A stretch of 16,624 nucleotides of DNA from Bdellovibrionota bacterium. GTDB lineage: Bacteria; Bdellovibrionota_C; UBA2361; JBIKUX01. This document shows, in pieces, positions 1-12,200 of the stretch. The notes beneath the pieces were generated by a model, which saw only the letters and a list, made by a program, of their open reading frames with translations, had not been told where the DNA came from and made no database searches. The stretch is from positions 1-16,624 of the forward strand of contig JBIKUX010000034.1 in NCBI GenBank assembly GCA_044347345.1. The letters are read 5' to 3'. Numbering within the stretch: position 1 is the stretch's first letter; the number at the start of each line of letters is the position of its first letter. Both the position numbers and the translations under genes were made by a program.

Positions 1-54
1 AGTTCCTTCTAGGATTAGTCAAACATCTCTCGAGTCTCTGGCAGGTCTATTATA

Positions 55-1497
55 GTGACACGCTCCTCTTTGCGTCTTTTCGATTCTGGTTCTCGCACTG
101 TGCGAGAAATTAGGCCGGGCAAGAAAAGAGCTGACGGTAAAGGGGTTGTAAGTTTTTATTGTTGTGGCCCTACTGTTTATGCGCCTGCTCACGTTGGAAA
201 TTTCAGGACTTTTATAATAGAAGATGTGATCAGGCGCATGCTTGAGAGGTGTGGCTTAATTGTAGAGCATGCTCGTAATATTACTGATCAGGACGACAAA
301 ACAATTCAAGGAGCAATAGCAGGTCAGGAGTCGCTAGCCACTTTCACTCGTAGGTGGCGAACTCGTTTTGAAGAAGATAGCAGGGCTTTAGGTCTTTTAG
401 CTCCACATTATGAGCCGTCTGCCGTTGAAACTATACCCTTACAGATAGCTCTTATTGAAAAGCTTATTGAAAAAGGTAACGCTTACTTAGCCTCTGATGG
501 CTCAGTTTACTTTTCCGTACAATCTTTTGGTGACTATGGTAGCTTATCTCGAGTTGATTGTTTATCTCGGGATCATGCTCATGGAAGGCTTGCCACTATT
601 ACAAGTAGTGATGAATATTCAAAAGAAGAAATAGCTGATTTTGCACTTTGGAAGGCGCATAAAGAATCCGATGGTCAATGTTATTGGGAAAGTCCTTGGG
701 GTAGAGGTCGTCCTGGTTGGCATATTGAATGTAGTGCTATGGCACTCTCAATTTTTGGTGATTCAGTAGATATTCATGCTGGAGGTGAAGATCTCTTATT
801 TCCGCATCATGAAAATGAGCGAGCTCAAAGTGAAGCAGCAACTGGAAAGCCTTTTGTTCACCACTGGGTTCATTGTGCTCATCTGTTAGTAGATGGTAAG
901 AAAATGAGCAAGAGTTTAGGAAATTTCTATACCTTAACGGATTTAACTGAGAGGGGTTATAGTGCTTTAGATGTAAGGTATGCTCTATTGAACGGTCACT
1001 ATCGTCGCGCTCTTAATTTAACTTTTGAGAGCCTTCATAGTGCTCAAAGTGCGTTAAAGCGGCTGCAAGGATTTGTAGCTAAAACTCAAGTTAACGTGAG
1101 TGATTCTGTTGGCGAAGAACCTGAATGGTTATCTATCCCTGTTTTAAAGGCAGCGTGGGAAGCTTTATGCGATGACCTAAATATACCGGAGGCTTTAGGA
1201 AGTATCTTTACTGCCATTCGCACCTATGATGAAAAAACTTACGATAAGAGTCAAATTGACTTGTTACATTATGGTGTTTCTGTCCTCCTCGACGTACTGG
1301 GGATATGTCCTGACCACGAGCTACATGAAGCGAAGAGTAATATACCTACAGTAGTTTTAAACCTAGCGAACCAAAGAGCAGAGGCACGTAAAGAAAAAAA
1401 TTGGGCTCGTTCTGATGCTTTACGTGATGAAATAAAATCTCATGGTTATTTAGTAGAAGATGGTAAAAACGGTTCGTGGAAGCTGCTTCCTCTGTAA
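55..1497 (+). CDS. cysS: Cysteine--tRNA ligase (class I aminoacyl-tRNA synthetase)
   Basis: 480-aa ORF with GTG start. It carries CGPTVY (Zn-ligand Cys), HVGN (HIGH-type motif), NITDQDDK, DFALWK, SPWGRGRPGWHIECSAM, DIHAGGEDLLFPHHENE, KMSKSLGNF, a DDLN (DALR-type) region and a C-terminal anticodon-binding segment R..AR..KNW..SD..RD. Confidence 0.98.
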   Translation: MTRSSLRLFDSGSRTVREIRPGKKRADGKGVVSFYCCGPTVYAPAHVGNFRTFIIEDVIRRMLERCGLIVEHARNITDQDDKTIQGAIAGQESLATFTRRWRTRFEEDSRALGLLAPHYEPSAVETIPLQIALIEKLIEKGNAYLASDGSVYFSVQSFGDYGSLSRVDCLSRDHAHGRLATITSSDEYSKEEIADFALWKAHKESDGQCYWESPWGRGRPGWHIECSAMALSIFGDSVDIHAGGEDLLFPHHENERAQSEAATGKPFVHHWVHCAHLLVDGKKMSKSLGNFYTLTDLTERGYSALDVRYALLNGHYRRALNLTFESLHSAQSALKRLQGFVAKTQVNVSDSVGEEPEWLSIPVLKAAWEALCDDLNIPEALGSIFTAIRTYDEKTYDKSQIDLLHYGVSVLLDVLGICPDHELHEAKSNIPTVVLNLANQRAEARKEKNWARSDALRDEIKSHGYLVEDGKNGSWKLLPL

Positions 1498-1501
1498 AGT
1501 A

Positions 1502-1541
1502 GACAATAAAAAATTATCTTAGTTATAAATTTATTATTGTC
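1502..1541. terminator. AT-rich inverted repeat between convergent genes; possible bidirectional terminator
   Basis: GACAATAA-A-AAATT (1502-1515) pairs with AATTT-A-TTATTGTC (1528-1541): 13 of 14 bp, one A/A mismatch, 12-nt loop. It starts 4 nt after the cysS stop and overlaps the stop of the opposing gene. The stem is weak and lacks a clear U-tract. Confidence 0.4.
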
Positions 1542-2124
1542 CATCCTCAAATAAAGCTTGATAACACGAGCGAACTAAATCTTCATAGCAAAAGCTACTG
1601 CTAGGTGGCAGTACATTAGCATAGCGCCTCTTTGCAAATTCTTCACTAATATTAACGCCACTCTGTGTAACAATAGTTGCAATACGAGCTTCACCATATT
1701 GAGTAGAGCGTCGGCAAAAAGGGGTAGCTTTTCTAGGAATATATAGAAAAAGAGGCTGTTTGTTGAGTAATTCTACTGCTGCTTGTTTAGCTCTAGATGA
1801 AACCCTTGGAATTATCTGATCTAGGCCATAAAGAATTACTAACTCTTCTGATTGACGTAAAGTAACCTTGTAAATATTAGGCTCAATAATACTAACCCCA
1901 AATATTTCTTGTCCTATGTCTCGCTCAATTGGATTCAAAATCTGAGTATCATATACTACACCACAATCAGTACGTAGAGCTCTGTCATCTTTTCCTGGAA
2001 TGCCTTCATTAGAAGGTTTAGATTGACACCCACTTATTATACTAGCTAATACTACGGCAAAAACTAAAATTAAGTACTTAGGAGACCAAACTGATGTGAA
2101 AGTTGTTTGTGCTAGCATAAACAA
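1534..2124 (-). CDS. Predicted lipoprotein with a degenerate thermonuclease (SNase)-like domain
   Basis: 196-aa ORF; the start may be TTG 2124 or ATG 2118. A hydrophobic stretch YLILVFAVVLASII ends in lipobox I-S-G-C. The segments VSIIEPNIYKV, VILYGLD, AKQAAVELL, QYGEARIATI and GVNISEEFAKRRYANV follow the order and spacing of the SNase consensus. CDS and lipobox are well supported; the fold call is by eye. Confidence 0.7.
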   Translation of the reverse strand: MFMLAQTTFTSVWSPKYLILVFAVVLASIISGCQSKPSNEGIPGKDDRALRTDCGVVYDTQILNPIERDIGQEIFGVSIIEPNIYKVTLRQSEELVILYGLDQIIPRVSSRAKQAAVELLNKQPLFLYIPRKATPFCRRSTQYGEARIATIVTQSGVNISEEFAKRRYANVLPPSSSFCYEDLVRSCYQALFEDGQ

Positions 2125-2170
2125 TAGTTCTCTAACTTTTTTCTCATAGCATTAATAAGATAGGCAGAAT

Positions 2171-3178
2171 TTAAGAAAGATTGACCATCTTCGCATATTC
2201 TGTGATTTCAGCGGACTCCCCTGCAATAAAGCCACTTTTTTCGTGAATGTTTTGCGGAACACGAGCTGTAAGTGGTGTAGAGACATGACCATCAATAGCT
2301 TTTCCTCCTGCTTGCTCAATTAGGAATGCTAGAGGAATACATTCGTAAAGTAATCGGAGACGACCATTTGGATGTTTTGAGCTTGGAGGATAAAGAAAAA
2401 TTCCCCCCTTTCTAATAGTACGGTCAACATCAGCTACTAATGTTCCGACATATCGACATGTGTAGCCAGTGCTACTTCCATCTTTCTGAATTTTTCTGGT
2501 TTCTATATAATTTCTAAGCGACTGTGGCCAATAGGGATAATTTGCTTCATTGACGCTTAAAATTTTTCCTCCCGAAGGAATCTTTAAATTCTCCTCTGTG
2601 AGTAAAAATTCTCCAATAGTAGGATCGAGGGTAAAGTCATGTACACCGTTTCCTGTAGAGTATACAAAAGAAGTTTTTGCCCCGTAAATCGCGTATCCTG
2701 CAGCAATAAGAGCTGACCCAGGCTGTAGAAAGTCGGAAACTGTGGCAGGTGTAGTTAAAGAAAGACGCCGGTAGATTGCAAAAATAGTGCCAGTCGGAAT
2801 GTTAGAACCAATATGAGATGAACCATCGAGCGGATCAAAAGCTACTACATATTTACCACTGTTTGAAGGAGCCTCAGTTAAAATGATAGTGTTTTGTTCT
2901 TCGCTAACAAGTGATCCAAAATGCCCTGAACGACCAAGTAAGGTTACTAGAACCTTATCTGCTTCATCATCTAAAAGTTTAGTTTGTTCATCGTGTACAT
3001 TGATTTTGTCTGTATAACCATACAGTCCTCTGAATCCAGCAGTCGCAACTAATTGAGAAATTACCTTAACAGCGAGTCCGATTGCTGTGAGTAAGTTTGA
3101 AAGCTCACCTGAGCAATTTCCGGGGAGTGCTCGTTCGTCTCGGTCTATTACTTCATTTAGGGTTAGTGTAGGTATCAC
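2171..3178 (-). CDS. fbp: Fructose-1,6-bisphosphatase class I
   Basis: Metal-binding SEE and FDPLDGSS, plus GTIFAIY, AAGYAIYG, FTLDP.IGEF.L, SVNEAN, RYVG.LVAD.RT..KGGIFLYP and GRLRLLYE..PLAFLIEQAGG. The ORF track starts at TTG 3220. I prefer the in-frame GTG at 3178, which follows purine-rich AAAGAGAAAAGC and gives a typical 335-aa length. Confidence 0.95.
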   Translation of the reverse strand: MIPTLTLNEVIDRDERALPGNCSGELSNLLTAIGLAVKVISQLVATAGFRGLYGYTDKINVHDEQTKLLDDEADKVLVTLLGRSGHFGSLVSEEQNTIILTEAPSNSGKYVVAFDPLDGSSHIGSNIPTGTIFAIYRRLSLTTPATVSDFLQPGSALIAAGYAIYGAKTSFVYSTGNGVHDFTLDPTIGEFLLTEENLKIPSGGKILSVNEANYPYWPQSLRNYIETRKIQKDGSSTGYTCRYVGTLVADVDRTIRKGGIFLYPPSSKHPNGRLRLLYECIPLAFLIEQAGGKAIDGHVSTPLTARVPQNIHEKSGFIAGESAEITEYAKMVNLS

Positions 3179-3281
3179 GCTTTTCTCTTTATGTTTAATA
3201 AATAGGCAAAAAATTGCCAAGTAAAATACCTAGATAATTGGTACTGTGCTTGTATTAACTTAATCTGGACTTAAAGTTTAA

Positions 3282-6200
3282 TTATATAAGTATTTCAACA
3301 CTTATGCTCACATCATGTACCCCATTTTTTAAGTCATCGGATATCCATGGTATGGTTGCAGGTGTATCACCATGATATGACCAAGTAAATGCACCCGAAA
3401 CTTGAACGTTAAACTTAAAGTAATTACCTTTTGTTATTGTATTTAAATGTTGACCGTTACTTATAGCTAGCTGCTTTATCTTGATAACATAGGTAAAACC
3501 ATCTCTTTTGATGGTGACATCATAATCAGACCAGTCGAGTGGGATATTGGGGTTTATGCTTATCCCTTCCTTAGTTAAGTTAAGTCCAAGGATTGCATTA
3601 AGACCTGCTTGATAAAGCCAAGCGGCTGAACCAGTATACCAGCTCCATCCAGCTCGCCCATCATGTGGTGCCACGCCGTAGACATCTCCGCATAAGACGT
3701 AAGGTTCGCCACGGTATCTCTCGGTAGCAGTATTATCAATTGTTCGATTTATGGGATTAATAAGTGAAAAAAGCTGAAAAGCTAAATCTTTTTTACCAAG
3801 CTTAGCCGCAGCTATCACCATCCAAACAGCTGCATGAGTATATTGTCCACCGTTTTCTCTTACGCCAGGAATATAGCCTTGTATATATCCGGCAGAAGGG
3901 GAGTGGGTATTAAAAGGAGGAGTAAGAAGTTTTATTATTCCAGCAGATTCATCAACTAACATTTTACAAGCGGATTCAAAAGCTACTTCTGTTCGCTCAG
4001 GGTCTGCTAAGTTAGAAATTATTGCCCAACTCTGAGAAATACTATCAATGGTACATTCGTGGCCTTGAGCACTACCTAAGGGCGTACCATCGTCAAAGTA
4101 AGCACGTCGATACCACTGTCCATCCCAACCATGAGCCTCAATAGCTGCAACTATCTCACGTGCATTATCACAATAGTTTTTGCTTTGCTCTGATATTGTC
4201 ACAAGTTTGGAAAAATCCATTAGGGTTTTAGCCAGAAACCAGCCAAGCCAAACACTTTCGCCTTGTCCCTTTTTACCGACTTCATTCATGCCGTCGTTCC
4301 AGTCGCCACATCCCATTAAAGGCAAGCCTCGAACGCTTCGGAGTGAAATGGCTCTATCAAGAGCTTTTATACAATGCTCATAAACTGTCGCCACGGTTTT
4401 GCTAGTAGTGGGAGTTATATAAGCTTCGGGATCATGTGTCAGTAAGTCACCCTCTATGTAGGCAATCTTTTCATACAGTATGGATGTATCAGATGTTGTG
4501 TTGATGTATTGAGCAACTACGTACGGAAGCCAAATGTAATCATCAGAGATGCGCGTTCTTACTCCTCGCCCCGAAGGAGGATGCCACCAATGTTGCACAT
4601 CTCCTTCAATAAATTGCCTGGATGCGTGCAGAAGTATCTGTTCTCTAGCAATATTTGGAGAGGTTACCATTATCGCTAATACATCTTGTAGTTGGTCTCT
4701 GAAGCCAACAGCCCCACCACTTTGATAGAAGCCAGTGCGCGCCCATAACCGAGCACTAATTGTTTGATACAGAAGCCATCCATTCATTAAAATATCAAAA
4801 GAGCGGGATGGAGTGCGTATTTGAATATTGGTGAGTAATTCACGCCAAATTGTGGCGGTGGAGCTTGTTCGCAGATTAGTGACATCAGTTCCTCTTGCCT
4901 TTTCGATTAAAACATTAAGAGAGTCTTGATTCGGTGCCTCTCCTACAAAAAAACTTATAGTTTTTGTTTCACCAACCGCTAGCTGAATGCTTACTTGCAG
5001 TATAAGACCATGATCAAGACTGTCACCAGTTAGACCACTGAGAGGTTTAATGGCTCCGCTTGAGATGACTTTTTGATCATTGAGGAATTGTGGCTTGGAT
5101 AGATTTCCACTTAAGCCGATAAACTCTCTTCGGTCTCCAGTAAATCCCAAAATAGGTTCTGTTGAACCTACAAATAATCTACGTTCGGCAAAATCTCCCT
5201 GATAGCAATTTGATGCAATAAAAGATTGCAATTCTGAGTCAAATTTTGAGCGAAGCATCCAACCTGTCTCATCACGAGATACTCCCATGACTGGCTCGAC
5301 GTAGAAGAACAGTGAATACTTGTTGGTTCGAGATCCAATATTGGTAAGTTTTACATCATGAAACTTTATCGCATCCTTTGGATCAACTGAGATAGTTAGA
5401 TTACACTTAGTTGAGCCATACTGAGTTTGGAATCTTGATGATCCAAAGCCATGTGTTACATGATAACTGCCGTGGTGAGTGAAGGGTCTAGGTGTTGCAG
5501 CCCAATAGTCACCCGAAGTATCGTCGCGAATGTAAACGATTTCTCCATTCGGATCTGTAATTGGATCGTTGGAAAATGGTGTGAGGCGATTTTCTCGAGA
5601 GTTTTCCGACCAGGTATATCCACCCCCTGTTTCAGTCACTAAAGTCCCAAATGTGGGATTGGCTATGACATTACTCCACGGGAGTGGTGAGAGCTTCTGC
5701 CCTTGGGCAAGAATTGTGTAAGAAGTTCCATCATCCGTAAACCCACCATAGTTAGTTCCAAATTCAAGTGCAGGCGCCGGAAAGTACTCTCCTATTTGAG
5801 GCACTATTGCTTGAGTAGTATGAGTTGTTGTTGGGATAAGTGTGATTGAGTTATCGGTGAGTCTATTATGAGTTGCTGACAATATTTCTGCCATTTGCGA
5901 TTCTAAGGACCCGTAGATACCTTCGAATAATAGCCTAGCTAGTGCTTTAAGAAGAATATACTCATTGTCGCTTATATGATTTCTACTTCTTACATGTATG
6001 CCCCCATGTTTGTTGATTAAAAAGGGATGATTACTTTGATGAAGTAATCGCTCGATTGCCTCGTTAATAGGTTGTAGATACCCGTCAAGGTGTTCATTAA
6101 TTATAACAAGATCAAAGCGAATACCCCGCGATCGCAGGAAATTGTGACAGAATAGAAGGTCTTGAACCAGTGAGATATGAGAATTGTCACTCACCGTACA

Positions 6201-9200
6201 TAAAATAATCGGTATATCTCCTGATATACCGAGTCGCCACAGAGCTGATTGTGAACAATTATTACGAAAAAGAGCTTCAGATTGAGCTGGTAAGCGACTA
6301 AAATTATAAAAAAGGGCGTTTGCTACTCTTTGAAATACTAGAGTATGTTTGAAAGAGTAATTTTCATAGCGTAATTCAACACTACTTTTACTCCACGCAA
6401 GGTTAAAAGCTCTTTGTAGGTAATTTACATCGTGAAATTTTATGGCTAAACGCAAGGCATCTTGCCGCGACTTGGTAACACCTGTAATAAAAGTAGCTTT
6501 TTCGGTGGTTCCTGGCTCAATCTCTATGCGTGTTCGGAGTGAGACAATAGGGTCAAGAACGAATCCTACTTTTCCGCTGAGGGAGTCTTTACCAATAGAT
6601 TGAGCACTAGATAGAGGATTGCCTCTCCCTATGAAAGATTCTCGTGATGTTTCATACTCGGTTTTTCCCCAAACTGTAGACATAGCTAAAGAATGAACTA
6701 AAAATAGCGGTGATTCTGTTGAGCTGCGCGGTCTTCGTGAGCAAATCAAGGCATCAAAATCAGAGATGTACTCTGTTTCTATAAATATTTTTTGAAAGGC
6801 GGGATGTGCAGCATCAGCTTTAAAAGTAGCAAGGGATACTTCTGAGAAGCTAGTAAGCTCGAGAAAAGCGCGCTTTGTTCCAGTATTTGAGATGGTAATC
6901 TGACGTATTTCCGCGTCATCCTCTTGAGCTACCACAATCATAGTTTTTGTAGTGAATTTGCCATCTCTTCGCTGAAACTCAATTTTGTCAGCGCTGTAGT
7001 TAGCTTCATAACTTTCTGGTGTAGTTCTTGTCGGTCGATATGTGTTTGACCAAATACTTCCCGTTTTAAGATCTTTTACAAAGACAAAGCTGCCGTAATC
7101 ATGAGTAAGTGAGTCATTCCTCCACCGAGTGAGTGCTATATCGTTATGAAAAGCGCTAAAGCCATTCCCTTGATTGTCAACCATTACGGTATACCGACCG
7201 TTAGAGAGAATATGAGTGTGAGGCACTGAGGTAAATGGTGTAGTAACCACTCCGCTCCAGTTGGCGTGAGTATTATCAACGTTGCTTGCTGCCAGTGGCT
7301 GAGGTTCAACTTCAACTGTAATTCCTTTAAGAGGCACTCGAGATGGAAATTTCTCATCTAAGAGCTCCTCAATACTGGATATTATTGGATTTTTATGAAA
7401 CCACTCGCGTATAATTCCGTTGTTCAAAACGTTTATTAACGCTAAAAAACCCATGCCTTGATGATGAGAGAAGTAGGCTCGTACTATATGGTAAGGTACT
7501 TCAGCACCAAGCCTATCTTTGCTGTAATCGACTGCCTCAAAAAAACCGTACTCACCCCTAAATCCTAATCGTTCCATTAGTCGTAAATTGGCTACTGATT
7601 TTTCTGGCTCTACCATAGTTGAGAGTAAGGTAGCGTAAGGCGCTATGACGCAGTCTTGATCAAGTTGTCTCTTGAGAGCGAGCGAGGGCACTCCAAAAGC
7701 TTTGTATTGATAAGTTCCATGTTGGTCTACTCTGCTATAGGCTGATTCAGAAATGCCCCACGGTATGCCAAGGTGCTGAGAGTATCGTTGCTGAGCTTTA
7801 ACTGCCACTTTACAACTTTCAAAGATGAGAGTGCCCGGATGATTTCGCATAAAGAGAAGAGGCATCAGATACTCAAACATAGTACCCGACCATGAAGCTA
7901 AACACTTACCGCTGAAAGTATCTGCAAGAGTCCTACCGAGAGCAAACCAATGTTTGTAGGGGACGTCTCCTTTAGCAATTGCCACCAAACTAAGTATTCT
8001 TGCCTCACTTGCAAGCAAATCGTAGGTACTATTATCTACGGTAGCAGAGTCTACATGAAAGCCAATTCGAAATAGTCTCTGATCTTGTCGATAAAGAAAA
8101 GAGTAATCTACTTCTTTAAAAAGGCTTGATATTGAAGCTATTATGGTAGTCCCTTGTTGGGTAAGCTCGTTAAGACAAACTTTCGCTTCAGTAAATGCTT
8201 GGATAAAGTCTGTGCTGTCCGTAGCAAGTATTGGAAGTAAAGTAACCACTTTTTCTAGAAGCTGATTTACTAAAGTAAGAGATACTGGATTGTTTCTTGC
8301 TTCTCGATTTATTTCTTGCACCGTTGCTGAAATCTTATCACCGTAGTGGTGTGGGGCGACTGATTCGGGCAGTAGTTGAAATAGTTGATACCATTTTACA
8401 AGCGGTTCTACGGAAGTTAATACAGATAAATCTTTATTAGCTGCATCTGGTAGAGTTTTTGAACTACTGGATCTAACTCGCTCAAGATGTGAAATAGCTT
8501 GAGCTATTTGCGGAAGGGTAAGGGGCTTTTTTTGCTCAAAATATTGTAACAAAGGATGTAGAGCCGGGTATGAAAGTGCAATTGAACTGAGTCGCTCAAA
8601 AGCACTGTCTTCAATTAAGGGCTGTATTTGAAATGATTCTAAAGCGCTTTTTACAATAAGATAAGAAGCCGACAAGTTTCCTGAATCTACCGATGATATA
8701 TAACGAGGAGCTAAAGGAGTGCATGTTGCGATGTCATACCAGTTAAATAAATGCCCGCGAAATTTATCAAGTTTCTTAATAGTATTAATTACATCTGTCA
8801 GATATTTTAACTTCTCTGGAATTGATATAAAACCACTCTTATGTGCCCCTAAAATAGACACTAACGAAAGACCTATATTAGTAGGCGATGTGCGTTCTGC
8901 TACAACAAGCTTAGGATCTAGTTGTATGTTATCGGGTATTAGGTAATGGTACTTTGGACAAAGATATTCATAAAAAAAACGCCAGGTATCTTTTAGTATA
9001 TCGTCTAAATACTTTTTCTCTGACTGAGAAAATTCACTAATTGAATCAGCATTTTTTTTACTTAATGAAAAAGCCGCAAATGGTGACCAAAGCCATAGAG
9101 CGCTTAAAATAAGCCCAATATTCCATTTTTCTGACGATAAAATTAGAGCTGGAATTATTAGGAGTAACGTTAAAAAAATTGGCAATGCCATTTCTTTTAA

Positions 9201-12200
9201 ATAGGTTATCTGGTTGTCTCCGATAGAACTTTCAGTTGACGAAAAAGTCTGCCATTCTAATAGATTTCTATGAGATATAAATACTCTAAAAAGTGATATG
9301 ACAATCCCGTGTATTATTACCATCGCCTGATGAGGCAGAAATGTAATTTGGTAAAGAGTGTGAATTAATCGCGAGCGTAAGGTAAAAACCAGCGATTTAA
9401 AATAAAGTTCTAGAGATATACGCAAAGGTGGAATAAGTACAACGTGCGCCAGATCAGCGTATAGTGGAAAACTTAAAATCAATGTAGCTATTGCTATCCA
9501 GAAAATTGAGCTTCCAGGGAAAATACTAACCGAACACAAAAATAGCAGATACAGACTTGGAGTTAGAAGGCTTCTTCGTAAATTATCAAAAAGCTTCCAC
9601 CATGATAATGCAGATAATGGAGAGTTTACTAATTGAATGACTGAGCTATTTTCCTGCTCAACAATAATCGGCACTTTTTTACCGATCCAAGGCACTAATT
9701 GCCAATCGCCTCTAACCCATCTGTGCGCTCGTTTTATGTAAGAGAGATATTTTGATGGTACATCATCGAATAATTCAATATCCGATGCAAAACCGGTTCG
9801 AGCAAAAAGACCTTCAAATAGGTCATGACTCAAGAGTGAGCTTTGAGGAACTCGCCCTAAAAGGGATTGGTGTAGTGCGTCTACATCGTATACACCTTTT
9901 CCTAGGTATGAAGCTTCACCAAATAGGTCGAAGTAAAAATCAGATACCATTTCTGTGTATGGATCGACTCCTGCCTCGTGGGCAAAGGTCGCAGCAAATT
10001 TTGATTTTAATGCGCTTCTTAAGGAGCTACTCACCCGAGGTTGTATTATTCCATAACCCTTTGTTACTCGTCGCTCAATTGGGTCTACATAGGGATGATT
10101 TAGAGGATGAGCTATTGTTCCCACGAGCTTGCGGGCAGTTTGATTAGGAAGGGTATTATCGCTATCTAGGGTAATAACGAATTTTATTGTTTGGAGTAAT
10201 TCTCGTTCACTCTGAGTTATCTGTAGTGATGAGGTACCTTCTTTAGCAAGGATAACTTTATTAAGCTCTTCAACTTTGCCTCGTTTTCTCTCCCAACCCA
10301 TGAATTTACTTTCAGTTTGGCTCCACACGCGTTGTCTAAAGAAAACGAAAAATTTTTGATTATCTTTAAATCCATGTTTGTTGTTTATTTCATTAATTAG
10401 AGTTTTGCCACTTTTTATAATTTCTTCGTCATCAGGCATAACCTGACTGGGTGCGTCGTATAAATCCGCTAGGAGGGCAAATCTTAGCTCGCTATCAGTG
10501 TTCGCGATAAATCTAACTTCAAGTTCATTTATGGCATCTTTTATCTGTTTAGATGTTGAAAAAATTCCGTGAACAGCCACTAAAGTACGGCAATATGTAG
10601 GAATTCCGTCAGCGAATTCTAGTTTTGCTAAAGGCCGCGGTTTAATTAGATGGCTAAGAACCCACTGAATCACTCTGATGACAAGTTCAGAAGATGGAAC
10701 AAGGAGAACTGCCACCATAATGAGTGTAATCATCGTGGATCGGAGAGAGGAGAATGGTGAAGAATTAGTTACTGTAATTATACCAATAAGTAGTAGAAGG
10801 GTCAGAAGTCCGAAACTTCCTAGATACAGCCATATTCGAAATTTCTGTAGCGGAGCTAAAAATGTATGCTGTTCGTTACCGTTTAGTAAGTAGTGTCCAA
10901 CATGCCACTGACGTGGCACTTCATATATTTTGTCTGGAAATGGTTTAGTGTGCGCGTTTTTATCTGTGTTTTTGGCAGACTCGCAAAGATTAATTATATC
11001 ACGAGCAGCTTGTAGTTCTGATATACCGTTTTTTTTGGCATTACGCTCTATCTGCTGGGTACATAAATTTCTAGTTTTAAAATCACACAGAGGGTAAATC
11101 CCAGAGGGGTCACGGAGTAGTTCATGATGAACAAGACTTACTTCTTCAAACCAACAACGCCAATCTATCATGCCTACACTTCGCAGAGCAGTCACCGTAT
11201 TTCCGATCGATAACTGATCTCTAGCTTGTTGATTTAAAAAAATTTGCTCAAGGGATTCATGATTAACACCTCGCTCGTCAAGACGTTGCTCTAACCAGCG
11301 TGTCACCAAAGGATCTCGGCCTGCACGTTGACGTAGCCTATGGAATAAGTGAACTGCGCCGTCTTGACCATCGACTTCTGGAGTTTCAGTTATTTTTTGA
11401 GCTATTCTTAGCAAAAGATCAGAAGATCGCTCATTGTACTCGCGCACTTCTTCTAAACTACTATCGACAACATTAAATGCTTTGTGCCTTATTTCTCTTG
11501 TTCTGAGTAAATGTTGGGAGAGTCGCCGCAGGTTCTCAATTAGAGCGAATCGAGCCATAATAGGAACTGCCCAAAGTTCTCCTACTTTTAGCGGGATTAT
11601 TTCTTGGTAGCCTCTTAGAAATGTTGAAAGACGCTGTGGGTCGATAATTCCATCAGATAATCGAATCATCTCCACTACAACATCGTAAACTCTAGGAGCA
11701 AAATAAAGCCTGTCGCCAGCTGAATAATCACCGTTTTTGGTGGACATGAGAATAGGTAGCGCACGATCAAAAGAGCGATTAAATAGAGTGCGAGTTTCAT
11801 TGATATGTCGCACAATAAGATGAAAATTATCGAGTAGCCAGTCAGCTCCAGAAGTTAAGACTTCATCTTTGTGGGCTGAATCGAGTAAAATTTTATGTGC
11901 ATACTGTAAAAATGATACATTGTCTTTGAACCGTTTTTGAATCAACCGACTTCTTGTTAAAAACGGTAGAGCCGTTAGTTTGGGGATAAACTGTGGAGTG
12001 AGATCTTCTGAGTAGTTTAAGTGAACTTGAGCTAGGTTTCGCCCTTTTTCCGCTAATTCATCCAAAGGAATAGGGTCGACTCGAAATGGTTCTTCAAGTG
12101 GTAGCTGAATTATATTTTTGGCAAAATTGCGCTGATATGAAAGAGTAGCAAGTTTGTAATTTGAGTTCTGATATTGACTCAGATAGCTCTTTCGGCTTGA

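Noticed and set aside
3203..3220. Sigma-54-like TTGGCA...TTGC upstream of fbp
   Set aside because: The spacing is GG-N9-GC on both strands, whereas sigma-54 promoters require GG-N10-GC.
3179..3220. ORF-track N-terminus of fbp (TTG start, MAIFCLFIKHKEKS)
   Set aside because: It has no RBS and does not resemble FBPase N-termini; GTG 3178 fits better.
4180..10893. Plus-strand ORFs 4180-4383, 5451-5642, 8719-8946, 9752-10147 and 10678-10893
   Set aside because: All lie wholly antisense to the motif-rich cgs gene, are short and show no recognisable motifs; shadow ORFs.
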